59,201 bases of DNA, filler included, from Squatina squatina (GCA_031763465.1; 3 parts of 3 records of this genome joined end to end with filler, not necessarily neighbours in it); one strand, 5' to 3'. Shown: positions 1 through 12,199, counted from the whole stretch's first letter. Program-made: numbers and translations. Notes: generated from the sequence alone by a model not told the origin.

Positions 1-1344
1 TTATTGCAGAAGCCCCTCATTGTTTTATACTCAAGTGCCTTGAGAATAACATGTATATTGAACAAAGAATCCTTTATTGTTGCACTTGAAGTTTTGCTGC
101 ACTCCAGCCCATCGACATGGCATTGAAAGGTGGGGGAGGGGAGCCTCACCAGAATCTCTTCTTTAAAAAAAAAATCACAAACTGATTAAGAATGTGCGAA
201 AGTTAAAGGAAAATTCACCAATCCCACGTTCCCAGTGGGGATTCTTGCTCGAAGGAATCATGTGTCAGGGAATCGGTCCTACAGGGTCCTATGTCCAATA
301 AGAATTCCTTTCAGGTGCAGCTGCCTGCCAGCATTGCAAGCTGGTGAATTTGCCATTTTGATTTTTGTGCCAATATCAGTTGATTTGATTTTTTGATTCT
401 CTCTCCTTTCCCGAAGTTGCTCAAGCATCCCTGCCCTCCAGTGATTTGCCCAAGCACCCATTATTCACATGAGCTTTGACGGTGAGTGTTGACAGACTAT
501 TTGGCTATAGTGGAGGAATGCATTACAGCCAGGCCTGATCCTGAAGCCCGCAGACACACACTGGATAGTGATCAGGAGCGATAATCCTGGTGTATTATCC
601 TCTCCTTTAACCCATGTCACTGGAGCTAATTGTAGACCTTGGCTGAAATCAGCCTGTCGTGGATGCAAAATCAGAACCAGAGATAGGCCAAAATCTCTGA
701 GCTCCAGACAGTACTTGTCCCCAGGGAGGCAGAACTGTCAACTTCCTGACAGTAATGATACCAAATGAAGCATGAAGACTACCCGTGCAAATTCAATTAT
801 TGATAGTTCCTTATCTACTTCCAAGCATGTATTGGCTGCCACTCCAGACCCAGGCTAAATCAACAAACCCTGATATCAAAAAAAATGTTTGCATCCTCAG
901 CTCTTGAAGCCCACAATAGAGAAAAAAATGTACAGTTCTCACCCCAATAAAATTATACTGTACCAGCCCCAGACAGCCTCGCCCTTGGAATCTTAATTAC
1001 AGCCCTCACAAAGAATGGCTCTTTATGAGTTACAACACAGCTATTAAGGGAATTCAGATGAAGTGGAAAATAATACGGCCATCCAGATTTGCATTAACTC
1101 TTTGTGTGCCAGCGACTACAATTGTTGTACCAACTGGATCATAGCTTTTGTTTAGTCAGCCGAGTCAGCGTTAACCAGCGTTTCTAGAACTAGGGGTTGG
1201 CCGTTTAGGACTGAGATGAGGAGAAATTTCTTCACTCAGAGGGTNNNNNNNNNNNNNNNNNNNNNNNNNNNNNNNNNNNNNNNNNNNNNNNNNNNNNNNN
1301 NNNNNNNNNNNNNNNNNNNNNNNNNNNNNNNNNNNNNNNNNNNN

Positions 1345-2008
1345 GTGCCACTAACTGCATACACATTGCCTTGCATGTGTCTCATATGAACATGGCCATT
1401 TTCATGAGCGAAAGGTGCTCCCTCAATGTGCAGCTGCTGTGCGACATCAGGCAGTGCCTAATGCAGGTGAATACCTGCTATCCTGGTAGTAGTCATGATC
1501 CCTCATTCTGTGGTAGTCCTCATCTGCATTTGACCCACCACAGCAAGTCAAATTCTGGCTACTGGGTAACAAGGGTTATCCACTCAGGACATGGTTCATG
1601 ATGCCAGGTCTAAACCCATGCACACATGCACAGCAGGCCTACAATGAGTGCCATGCTGCCACAAGGAACATTATAGAACACATCATCGCCATCCTCAAGC
1701 AGCGCTTCTGCTGCCTGGACGGCTCTGGAGGAGCCCTGCAGTACTCAGTTGAATGGGTATCAAGATTTGCAGTAGTATGCTGCATGCTGCAGAACCTCGC
1801 TATTATGAAGGCACAGCCCTTGTCATCACCTATGAGATGAGAAGTTGAGGAGCAGAAGGAAGAGGAGGAGGAGCAGGAAGAAGAGGGAACGTGGAGGAAG
1901 TGGAAGAAGTGGGGGAGGAGGAAGTGCAACAGGAAGTGGAGGAACATGAAGGGAGGCTACAATATAGACAGCCCCTTTCTGCCCAGGATCTATGTGATCA
2001 AATAATTC
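1345..2008 (+). mobile_element. Degenerate PIF/Harbinger (HARBI1-like) DDE transposase fragment
   Basis: Translation gives (G)ATNCIHIAL, SLNVQLLCD, YPGSSHD, then a frameshift, then WLLGNKGYPL, YNECHAATRNIIE, LKQRFCCLDGSGGALQY and CCMLQNLA. These match Harbinger motifs GAIDCTH, PGSxHD, LGDxGY and RxxIE. An in-frame stop at 1838-1840 precedes a Glu-rich tail. Confidence 0.9.
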
Positions 2009-3200
2009 NNNNNNNNNNNNNNNNNNNNNNNNNNNNNNNNNNNNNNNNNNNNNNNNNNNNNNNNNNNNNNNNNNNNNNNNNNNNNNNNNNNNNNNNNNNN
2101 NNNNNNNNTCGTACACTGGTTGATGTGGTGTGGAATACATCTGAACAAGATAGTGAACCAAAAGCAAAGTACTGGAACTGCTAGAATGCTGAACTGAAAA
2201 GAGAAAATGCAGGTCAGCATTCAGACCGAGAGCATCACAAATTTCCAGTGTTTTTAGTATTCTTTTTATCCCTACTGTAGATTATCACAGTTTAAAAATG
2301 TTAGGGAACTGTGGCAACTAACTGGTGGTATCTAAAAGCACGCTGGGACACTAGTTGGTCAAGTCCTGGTTCCAGTTCTGTAGACCTAGAAGAAGGAAGG
2401 TAAAAATACAGCACCTTTAACACCAATGAAGTGCTTTTGAAGAGTAGTTACTGTTGTAATGTAGGAAAGCACCATTTGAGAGAGCAGAGAGAGCAGGTCA
2501 ATAGGTTTATATAAAGAACTACTGCAATTTAAATCACAGATTGTTTGGACAGAGCCTACACATCAAACAACATTTTTTTTTCAGTGATTTACATCTGGCT
2601 CCTTAAATCCATGTTGCTAAGACAGCACAGCTGTCTATCAGTCCCAAACACAGACACGGTGATTCACAGACAAGGTTTACAGCAGAGCTTCCTTTGAATC
2701 TCTGTGATCATAACTCTTGGAAGTTTAATAGTTTCAAGATAAGAAGTTTGAGAGTCAGTGTGTAATAGCTGGAGTGTATTGGTATATCAGGGGTCTCCCC
2801 GTGCAGCCAAGAGAATATTATATAACACAATTCACATTGTAGCATGTGCATCTGCCAAAGAAGCATCTGCTTAAAATTTACTGTACCAGAGAGAGGGAGA
2901 AAAAAACTTGTAATAAAAACAAAAATCCCCTCTGCATACTTTTGGCACAATGTGACTGGGAGAAATCTCCTTGAGCTATTGCATCAGAAACAGAACTAAG
3001 GGTCATGAAGATGTCAGTGAGTCTCCTGATTGAGAGGATGGAGCCTTTGTTGTTGTTGGCTTGTCAGCACCAGATTTAAACACATCAATACCTTGGCACA
3101 AATCTGCTCTGGCGATAACTCCAGGAGCGGAGATTCTCCTAGTTTTTAGAGGATTATAAAGGGCATCACTGGAGCATCTGAGAAAGAACTCTACCATGTC

Positions 3201-3400
3201 AGCCGTGGCTCAGTGGGTAGCACTCTCACCTCTGAGTCAGGAGGTTGTGGATTCAAGTCCCACTGCAGAGACTTGGTCACAAGTCTGACGCTCCAGAGCA
3301 GTATCGAGGGAGTGCTACACTGTCCAGAGGTGCCGTCTTTCAGACGAGACTTTAAACTGAGGCCCCATCTGTCTCCTCAGGTGGATGTAAAAGATCCTAT
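3201..3400 (+). mobile_element. tRNA-derived SINE, DeuSINE/SacSINE1-like
   Basis: A-box GTGGCTCAGTGGGTAG and B-box-like GATTCAAGTCCC, followed by the Deu-domain-like core GACGAGACTTTAAACTGAGGCCCC...CAGGTGGATGTAAAAGATCC. Other copies occur in the window. Confidence 0.8.
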
Positions 3401-3568
3401 TACACAATTCAACGTAGGATGAATTCAGAATCTGAGAGAATTGGGATAGTTCTGGGATTAATGAGCACTGAGAATGCATGTCTAAATTTTATATATATAT
3501 ATATATTCTGTGGCTGAAGTTTGAGAAATCAGGTATACCTAATGGCCAGCTTTTTGTATTTATGGCAG

Positions 3569-3667
3569 GAGGGAGACTATCCCAGGAGCCCTGCTGTGTT
3601 TGGAGCGATAATCTGTTACATAGAACGATTCCTGGACATTGTTGGTATTTCTCTAGGGGAAAGTCAG
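3569..3667 (+). CDS. Isolated 99-nt phase-0 candidate coding exon (EGDYPRSPAVFGAIICYIERFLDIVGISLGESQ), gene not recognised
   Basis: Acceptor ctttttgtatttatggcag|, perfect donor CAG|gtgagt, length divisible by 3, and an open frame. Confidence 0.5.
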
Positions 3668-5957
3668 GTGAGTAACTGCTTTGGTGAAACGCTTACCCGG
3701 TTTCCACTTGTTGCAGAGTTGATTTAGTCTTTGCGCAATATCAGTCATAGTAAGTCAACCAAGGCAATCACTTCTAAAATTCTGCGTGTTGGTTCACAGG
3801 AGAACAACACTCTAGCAATAGGTGCCCCAAGATATAGCTGGGCTAGCTTCAGTTTTCATTTCTTTTTGAGCTAATTAGGTTTCTACATCTCATTCACAGG
3901 TGATCTNNNNNNNNNNNNNNNNNNNNNNNNNNNNNNNNNNNNNNNNNNNNNNNNNNNNNNNNNNNNNNNNNNNNNNNNNNNNNNNNNNNNNNNNNNNNNN
4001 NNNNNNATTTGCAGGGCTATGGGGAAAGAAGGGGGAGTGGGACTAATTGGATAGTTCTTTCAAAGAGCTGGCACAGGCACAATGGGCCAAATGGCCTCCT
4101 TCTGTGCTGTAAGATTCTACAATGACTGTGATCCCAGGCCTGTGTTTACATACATGCTGATGAACAATAAGAGAGCTGTCAAAGCCTTGGGAGCAAACCA
4201 GTAGTTCACTGAGCTGGTGCACAGCACTGGGTAGTTAACCAGAGAAAGATAAGTCTTACTTTCATCAGCAAGCAAGAGTAAAATGGCTGATGTAAAGTCA
4301 GCACAGATAACCGTGAAATCACAAGACCTTCATCAATAGCCTGTCATTGTTTGTTTTTCAATGGTCTTTTATGAAGAAGATGAGCATGTGATTGGCGGAA
4401 CAAGTGAAAAGAAAAGGAAATGCAAATGCTGGAAATCTGAAACAAGAACAGAAAATGCTGGAAGTATACAGCAGCTCAGTTAGTGCCTGTAATGGGGAAA
4501 AGGCAGGTTGGAGACAGTTCTGAGGAAGGTTCGACACTCCAAACATCGACCTGTTTGTACAGATGCAGATGGACCAGCTGTGTATTTCTGGCAATTTCAT
4601 CATGATTTATGGTGCCTTGTTTTTAAAAATTGTGAAGGAGCGTTCCTTTCTAAATGCCCCTCCGTCAGAACCGCTTGCTCAAAAGAGTAGCTGTTTGGTC
4701 ATTTTCTTCTCAGTTCACCGATCGCTTACGCTCACCCGAGGGAAGTGGTCCCAGGTCCCGCCAAATTTCCAGGTTGGGCCTTGTTACCATGCCAACAGTG
4801 AGCTGCTCGGAGCAGCTTGCCAATCGGCAGGGACCGACAATCCAGCTCCATTGTGAACCCCAGCTGGTTCAGCTAAGTTAAAGGGAGGGGAAGAGATGAT
4901 CCCAGGGAAAAGTTACAGAGGGATCGGGCATTGCGGGGTGCTGATTTTTAGGGGACCAGAAGGAGCATCCTGACCCCACAAAAATCATTGGCCAACCTGT
5001 TATTTACACATTTTCTGAGTGTTCTGCAGCGGTCCTTTAAGGACTGTTGTTTAGACCACTCAACGCCAAGTACCAATGGAACCAATTGCTGCTCTTGATG
5101 CTTTTCTGCTTTAAGCACTGTGCACATGCAGTACCAGCGACACCCAACCCTGCCGTACTGTAAATCCTCATTATAAGGTGATACTTAGAAATGCACCAAA
5201 AAAATATTAATGGCCCTAAAATTGCGGTCGGAGGCTCTTTACTAATTTACCCTGGGTCCCGANNNNNNNNNNNNNNNNNNNNNNNNNNNNNNNNNNNNNN
5301 NNNNNNNNNNNNNNNNNNNNNNNNNNNNNNNNNNNNNNNNNNNNNNNNNNNNNNNNNNNNNNCAATCCTCCGGTACTTTTCCAGAATCTAAGGGATCTTG
5401 GAAGATTACAACCAATGCATCCATTATCTCTGTAGCCACTTCTTTTATGATCCTAGGATGGAAGCCACCAGGTTCAGGGGACTTGTCAGCCTTTAGTCCT
5501 ATTAATTTGCCAAGTACTTTTTCTCTAGTGATTGTATTTATTTACTCCCCCCTTTTTCCCCACAAAAGATTCTGACTCAGAAAGGTGCACACAGCTGAGG
5601 TCGAGGGCAGCTCAGTAACTGACAAGTGCCCACTCCCACTGTGGGGCCTGCACATTGGGTATGGCTTGTTTCCCGGCTGCCGGGGATGAGGCAGAACAAG
5701 CTCCTGTTGTAATAATGGGATTTCCATCATTATGGGAGCACTAGTGGCATTTGATTAAAAAAAATGTTTTCATTATTTTGCTGCAGATCGCTTTTTATTC
5801 TGCCTCGCTCGCCGGAAGGAACCGGAAGTTCTGCTCGTGCAGACACCTTAAAACTAACCAAAGCCCTGGAGGCAACTCTCCACCGCAACAGTTCGCTGAA
5901 GCCTCAGGGAGCAGTGAAGACACGGGGCCCTTCCCCTGTGGCTGTGCCCACGAGAGG

Positions 5958-6076
5958 ATGGGCTCGTTCCGCAGACCCAGACCTCGCTTTCTGAGCTCCC
6001 CAGTACTCAGTGACCTACCCCGCTTCCATGCCGCCAGGCAGGCTGCACTACTGGGCTCCAACAGGGCCTGGAACAG
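5958..6076 (+). CDS. PRR5L: PRR5L (Protor-2) N-terminal coding exon; exon spans 5787-6076
   Basis: MGSFRRPRPRFLSSPVLSDLPRFHAARQAALLGSNRAWN matches recalled human MGSFRRPRPRFMSSPVLSDLPRFQAARQALQLSSSSAWN. Acceptor ttttgctgcag| at 5786 and donor AG|gtagga. It is convergent with TRAF6, as in other vertebrates. Confidence 0.9.
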
Positions 6077-6193
6077 GTAGGAGCAGATTCGCTNNNNNNN
6101 NNNNNNNNNNNNNNNNNNNNNNNNNNNNNNNNNNNNNNNNNNNNNNNNNNNNNNNNNNNNNNNNNNNNNNNNNNNNNNNNNNNNNNNNNNNNN

Positions 6194-7240
6194 TTTCTTC
6201 CTTTGCTGTTCTTTATATCTATCCCAGTCCCCTGGACCTACACTATTCTTTGCACCTTTGGATGCTCTTTCCTTTAGTTTTATATTCTCTCTCACCTCTT
6301 TTGTGCACCACAACTGTTTTGTTTGGTAAGTAGAGCTCTTGCCCGTTAGGGTTAAATACTGGACTTGTATTAAGCTAAATTCTTTTTTGAACACCTCCCA
6401 CTGTTCACCTGTAATTTTACCCGATAACAGTTTTGACCAGTTTGCTGTTGTCAGTCTCTGTCTCACCCTGTTAAAAGTTAGCTCTACCAAAATCTAGAAT
6501 CTTACTGATTTCATTAAGTTTCTCCTTTTCAAACCTAATGTTAAAAATGATCATATTATGATCACTGTTCCCTTACTGTTAGATTATTAACTAAGTCTGG
6601 CTCATTTCTCATTACTAAGTCTAGTATTGCCTGCCCTCTTGTTGGTTCTAGAACATATTATTCCAGAAAACTGTCTTGAATGCACTCAATAAATTCATTT
6701 TCTGACTTGAGCTATTCTGTTCTTCCCAATCTATATGACAATTAAAGTCTCCCATCTCCTATTAAAAGAACTCTGCTTTTGCTACAAGTCTTTCTGATCT
6801 CTGAATTCATACATTTTGCCACTTCATTACTGTTATCAGGAGGCCTGTAGACAAATTCCATCAGTTTTAAGTCCTCTCTTATTCCTCAATTCTAAACCAA
6901 AGAGTCTCCGCTGATTGCGTTCCATTACGTACATCCTCACTTAGTAATGTTGTAAAATATCTTTAATCAATAAGGCTACCCCTCCTCATCTTACAGTTTT
7001 CCTATCCTTTCTAAAGACCTTATAACATGGACTATTTAACTCCCAGTCATGACTAGCTTGCAGCCATGTCTCAGTAATGGCCACCACGTCACACCCTCTA
7101 AGCTGTCGTTGAGCCTCTAATTCGCTCAATTTATTTCTTATACTCCGTGCGTTAGTAGATAAAACTCTTATTTGAACAAGAGACCCTAAGCTGTTCTTCT
7201 GTCCTGATGCTGTCTTTCGCACACCATTTAACTTAACACA
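6194..7240 (-). mobile_element. CR1 LINE ORF2 fragment (AP endonuclease and linker)
   Basis: TNARSIRNKLSELEA...DVVAITETWL...YKVFRKDR, and EQWEVFK...W linker motifs. The sequence is degenerate. Confidence 0.85.
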
Positions 7241-7334
7241 TTTGTCACTCCTGCTGTAACCACGTTAGTTACTTTAGTATTCACTTCACCTGGATTATCT
7301 ATATCACTCTTTCAATTTAGTATACTGTATTCGC

Positions 7335-7384
7335 TGCTCACGATGTGGTCTCCTCTACATAGGAGAGACCAAACGTCGATTGGG
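7335..7384 (+). mobile_element. Penelope-like element GIY-YIG endonuclease fragment
   Basis: Translates as CSRCGLLYIGETKRRLG and is truncated by a gap. Confidence 0.7.
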
Positions 7385-7484
7385 NNNNNNNNNNNNNNNN
7401 NNNNNNNNNNNNNNNNNNNNNNNNNNNNNNNNNNNNNNNNNNNNNNNNNNNNNNNNNNNNNNNNNNNNNNNNNNNNNNNNNNNN

Positions 7485-9660
7485 TCCGACATTCAATGAG
7501 AACATGGCTGATCTGTATCCTAATTCCATCTACCCGCCTTGGCTCCGTATGCCTTAATACCCTTGGCTAGCAAAAACCTATCAATCTCTGATTTAAAATT
7601 ATTAATTGAGCTGGCATCTACTACTTTTTGTGGGAGCAGGTTCCACACCTTTAGCACCCTTTGCGTGGAGAAGTATTTCCTAACTTCTCTCCTGAATGGC
7701 TTGGCTCTGATTTTAAGGTTACAGTGGAAAAAGTTTCTGCCTACCCTGTCAATTCATTTCAGAATCCTAAAAACCTTGATCAAATCACCCCTTAACCTTC
7801 TATAGTTTGGGGAATATAAACCTTGTTTATGCAATCTCTCCTCATAATTTAAACCTTGGAGTCCTGTTAACATGCTGGTGAATCTGCGTTGTACTCCTTC
7901 CAAGGCCTTTCTGAGGTGCGTTGCCCAGGTGTGGTCCAGATGTGGTCTAACCAGGGCTTTGTATAACTGTAGCAAAACTTCCTCCCCTTTATATTCTAGC
8001 CCTCTAGATATAAAGGCCACTCCATTAGCCTTTTTGGTTATACTTTGGACCTGACACTACATTTTAGTGTACTAAATCTCATTGGACCTTCACTGTTCCT
8101 AGCTTTTCACCACTTTAAAGAACACTTGGATCTTATCCTTTTTTGGTCCAAAATGGATGACACTTACGTTGAAATCCATCTACCACAGTTTTGCTCACTC
8201 ACTTAATTTATCAATGTCTCTTGTAATTTTACACTCCCATCTACACAACTTACTATGCCACCAATCTTTGTGGCATCGGCAAACCTGGATGTATGGCTCT
8301 CTGTTGTGTTACCTAAGTCATTAATAAATATAATAAATACTTGAGGCCCCAGCACTGATCCTTGTGAGACACCACTAATCACTTCCTTCCAATTTGAGTA
8401 CATACCCATTATTCCTCCTCTCTGTCTTCCACCGCTTAACCAATCTCCTGAGCAGGTCAGTAATTTGTCTTCAATTTCACGAGCTATAATATTAGACAAT
8501 AGTCTCCTATGTGGAACCTCATCAAATGCCTTATGGAATTCCATATAAACTACAAACTACATTCCCCTGTCTATTACTTTGGCTACTTACTCAAAAAATA
8601 CAATTAGGTTCGTTGGACGTGACCTACCCTTTACAAATCCACATTGGCTCTCTCTAATCAACTCAGATTTCTTTAAGTGCTCAGTAATTCTGTCCATAAT
8701 TATACATTCCAATAACTTCCGTACAACAGACTAACAAGTCTATAATTTCCTAGTTTGTCTCTCTTACCGTTCTTAAATAAGTGAGTTATATTTGCAATTT
8801 TCCAACCTAAAGGAATAATTCCGAATTGAATGAGCTTTGGAAGATTATGGCTAAAACATCTGTAATTTCCTTACTTACTTCCTTTAAAGCCCTGGGGTGG
8901 AAATCATCATATCCTAGGACTTGTCAGTCTTTAGCGCCATTAGTTTTTTCTAATACTCTTTTCTTGCTTACATTAACTTTAGTGAGTTTCAGTCCTTGAT
9001 TCATTATTAGTTTCCCTGGAATGTCAGGTATATTATTCTCTTTTTCTACTGTGAAGACTGACTGAAAGTAATTATTCAACAAGTCTGCCATTTCCTTATT
9101 TTCATTTGCAATATTATCTGCATCTGTTTTTAAAGGGCCCACATTACCCTTAACTATCCTTTTTTTCAAATATAATTGTAAAATCTTTTTATGTTAATCT
9201 TGATATCCCTTGTGAGTTTCTTTTTGTATTCCTTTTTGCAGCTTTATCTTTTTTGTCTTCCTTTGCTGTTCTTTATATCTCTCCTAGTCGCCTTGATCTA
9301 CACTATTCTTTGTGCTTTTGTACGCTCTTTCCTTTAGTTTTATGTTATCTCTCACCTCCTCTGTCGACCATGGTTGTTTATTTGGTACTGGTCCTGTATT
9401 AAGCTAAATTCTGTTTTGAGCACCTCCTATGTTTATCTGTAGTTTTACCCAATGACAGTTCTCACCAGCTTGCTGTCGTCAGTCTCTGTCTTATCCTGTT
9501 AAAGTTAGGCTTACCAAAATCTAGAATCTTAACTGTGCTGAGTTTCTCCTTTTAAAATCTAACATTGAATTTGACTGTTAGATAAATATTCCCTTACTGT
9601 TAGATTATTAACTAAGTCTGGCTCATTACTAAATCTAGTATGGCCTGTCCTCTTGTTAGA
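7485..9660 (-). mobile_element. CR1 LINE ORF2 (reverse transcriptase) remnant
   Basis: KAFDEVPHRRLL, SGVSQGSVLGP, FADATKIGG, LYKALVRPHL and RRLRGDLIKVFRIL, with frameshifts and stops. 9250-9660 resembles 6194-6650. Confidence 0.9.
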
Positions 9661-11154
9661 ACAGTGTGCTAACCCAATGCATCACCTAATGTTCATATAG
9701 AGTGCTGCCTGGTAACCAACAATAGCAATTAAATATGAAATCTGGATTATTTTGTGTTGTTCTATGTTATATCTATCTGTTACCTATTTATAATATCTTA
9801 GAAATGTGACAGTCTGTCTGTCACACTTCAGGCTCATCACACTGACTTTTTGCAAATTTCTGTGCAAGACTTTTACTCAATTGTCCCAGATTATATATTC
9901 ATAAACCAGCAGCAAATGACAGGTCTGCTACTGCGAGTCATGCCTGGAGCAAATCTAACAATGTAAGGAAAAAAAGAAAAATTGAACCAATGAAGTCGTT
10001 CAAGATGCTGAGATTTTTAAAGCAATGATTGTTTACAAAAACATCTATTTATTCAGCTTCAGCGGGTAAGGAAAAACTAATAATATGGTATAATGAGTCG
10101 CCCCCCCCATATTGGGACTCGGGCCTCAGTTCCATGAAGTGGTGAACTCCAGAGGGTAAGAAGAGAGCATACNNNNNNNNNNNNNNNNNNNNNNNNNNNN
10201 NNNNNNNNNNNNNNNNNNNNNNNNNNNNNNNNNNNNNNNNNNNNNNNNNNNNNNNNNNNNNNNNNNNNNNNNGAAGAAGGATCCTCAACCAGCATGCACG
10301 ATTCCCTGAGCTGACACATGCCTCCTTCTTTTAGGAGTCAGTGCATATGTTGTTTTAACACGATAATCTTTGCTATTGGAAGATATTGGTTATGGTTTAA
10401 AACCATGTTCCACTACCTAATTAAAGCTGCAGAAAATAATTATGAATAATAACTAAATAATCTAGTAAAGCTTAATATTGTTCTTAGACTGGTGATCCTT
10501 TGTGATTTTATTTACTCATGATGTTAGATAAAAGATATTATAAATATATTATATTATAAATAATTATATTATGTTTTATACAACACCTACGTAGATCCTT
10601 GTCATTTGATTGGAGGATTGTTGGTCACATGATATTCAATAGATGTACTATTGCACGGGCGTGCATTTTTGGTACTATTCGCCGTAGTACTATTCAACGA
10701 GCGTGCATTTTTGGTTATATGCAGACTGCGTACCTCTCTGCCCTGCGTGTATCCCATTGTTATATTAGCTGCGCGCATCTGACGCGAAGGCAATCTGAAT
10801 GTAATCGAGAAGGCCTGACTCCAACTTTAATTTATCTTTAATATAAGGAGCAAAGCATAATTTGTTGAAAGATGTTGTATAAAACAAATAATAAATGGCT
10901 GGCAATGTCAATACAAATTGACCGGCCTATCTGTACTTATCATGATAACAAAGGCATTGATCAGTGATTCTTAAACGTTCAGAGCAATGGGCCATTCTAT
11001 TTTTGACGGCAATGACTGAGAAGGAAGGAGGTAGGTCTCCCCCTACACCCCTGTAAAGTAACACTGTTAACTGTCTGTGTTGTACTGTGCCCTGGCCCTC
11101 GCTGTGGTAAAGTAAAGTGATGCCGTTAAACGGAGGTGCGGCACCAGCCAGGCG

Positions 11155-12093
11155 TCACAGGCCGCCTTCTGCCGAGCGAGGCTGGAAGTCATCTTTCCTT
11201 GTCCAGTTCGGGTCCGCCCGGGTCATGACCTCGCAGCGGACAAGCAACGCGTCATCTTTCACGTACGCGCGCTGATTGAGGGCCTTGAGGTGCAGGAAGG
11301 TGACATAGCCGAAGCCCTTGGGGTTGCGCTGCAAAGTGGGCCGCTGGAAGGCCAGCAGCTCGGGCTTGCTCTCCATGACCTCCTCGTGGTTCTGCTTGAT
11401 GGGGCCCTCGGACTGGTCGAGGATAGAGAGCCGGATGGTCCCCTGAAAGGGCCAGGGCAGGTAGCTGTCGTACTCGCCCTGCATGGTGTGCACAAAGAGC
11501 GAGATGGAGTTGGAGCAGCGTTGAGCGCTGGGTGTCTGCAGGTGCAGGCGGAGGCACAGCTTGTAGCCCGGCTTGCCTGTGTAGAAGCCAGGGCTGTGGA
11601 GCACCACGGGCTGATCCTCAGCCTGCGCCAGCAAGTGGGCACTGAAGTTTTCTACCTTCCAGATAAAAATCCCGTTGCACTGCTGGGCCTCCAGCTCGCC
11701 GAGGCGTACCTCCACTGCGCGGGCGCCACGCTTCAGCTCCCCCACCTGGCTGCTCTGCGTCTCCATCTTGGCGGCGAGCTCGCGGATCTGGTGGTCTTGC
11801 CGCACCAAGCGGCCCTCCAGTTGCTGGACGGTCTCCTTCAGGTTCTGGACCAGGGGCAAGCAGTCACATGATGCCGAGGTCCCGTGCGGTGGCAGCGGAG
11901 GTTGTTGAGAGTGCGAGGCCTGCAGCGGTCCCGGGAGCGCCGCCGGCTGGAAGTCAACCTCCGAACTCAGCGTGTCAATGCAGGACACCTGAGAGTTTAG
12001 TCTCATGCTCACGCTGTGCAGTGTGTGGGCCATCATCCGCATGTGGGCCTGCGTGTAATCTTGCAGGTGCATTGCCAGGTCATTCCTCTGCAT
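11155..12093 (-). CDS. TRAF6: TRAF6 terminal exon (coiled coil plus TRAF-C/MATH domain)
   Basis: [11 protein letters not shown]...[15 protein letters not shown]...[10 protein letters not shown]...[20 protein letters not shown]...ELLAFQRPT...[11 protein letters not shown]...[10 protein letters not shown]. The acceptor atcattcag| precedes 12093. Confidence 0.97.
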   Translation of the reverse strand: MQRNDLAMHLQDYTQAHMRMMAHTLHSVSMRLNSQVSCIDTLSSEVDFQPAALPGPLQASHSQQPPLPPHGTSASCDCLPLVQNLKETVQQLEGRLVRQDHQIRELAAKMETQSSQVGELKRGARAVEVRLGELEAQQCNGIFIWKVENFSAHLLAQAEDQPVVLHSPGFYTGKPGYKLCLRLHLQTPSAQRCSNSISLFVHTMQGEYDSYLPWPFQGTIRLSILDQSEGPIKQNHEEVMESKPELLAFQRPTLQRNPKGFGYVTFLHLKALNQRAYVKDDALLVRCEVMTRADPNWTRKDDFQPRSAEGGL

Positions 12094-12199
12094 CTGAATG
12101 ATTTGAAGCAATCGTGTTAGCAGGCTCCTGTTCGACAGCATGCATTAAATTTAATGTTACCGATAAAAACAGCAACAACTTACACTTAGATAAAAAAAG

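Noticed and set aside
3201-3280. tRNA-like A-box/B-box sequence as a tRNA gene
   Set aside because: It continues into a SINE body that is repeated elsewhere in the window, so it is a SINE head.
4260-4340. Possible 81-nt minus-strand exon (AIDEGLVISRLSVLTLHQPFYSCLLMK) as COMMD9
   Set aside because: The donor is good, but the acceptor is purine-rich and similarity to COMMD9 is unconvincing.
5795-6490. 231-aa minus-strand ORF
   Set aside because: It is a chimera of a CR1 fragment, a gap and the antisense strand of the PRR5L exon.
11252-12101. Several long ORFs overlapping or antisense to the TRAF6 last exon (e.g. 11290-11871, 193 aa)
   Set aside because: They are shadow ORFs expected from high GC3 content, with no recognisable domains.
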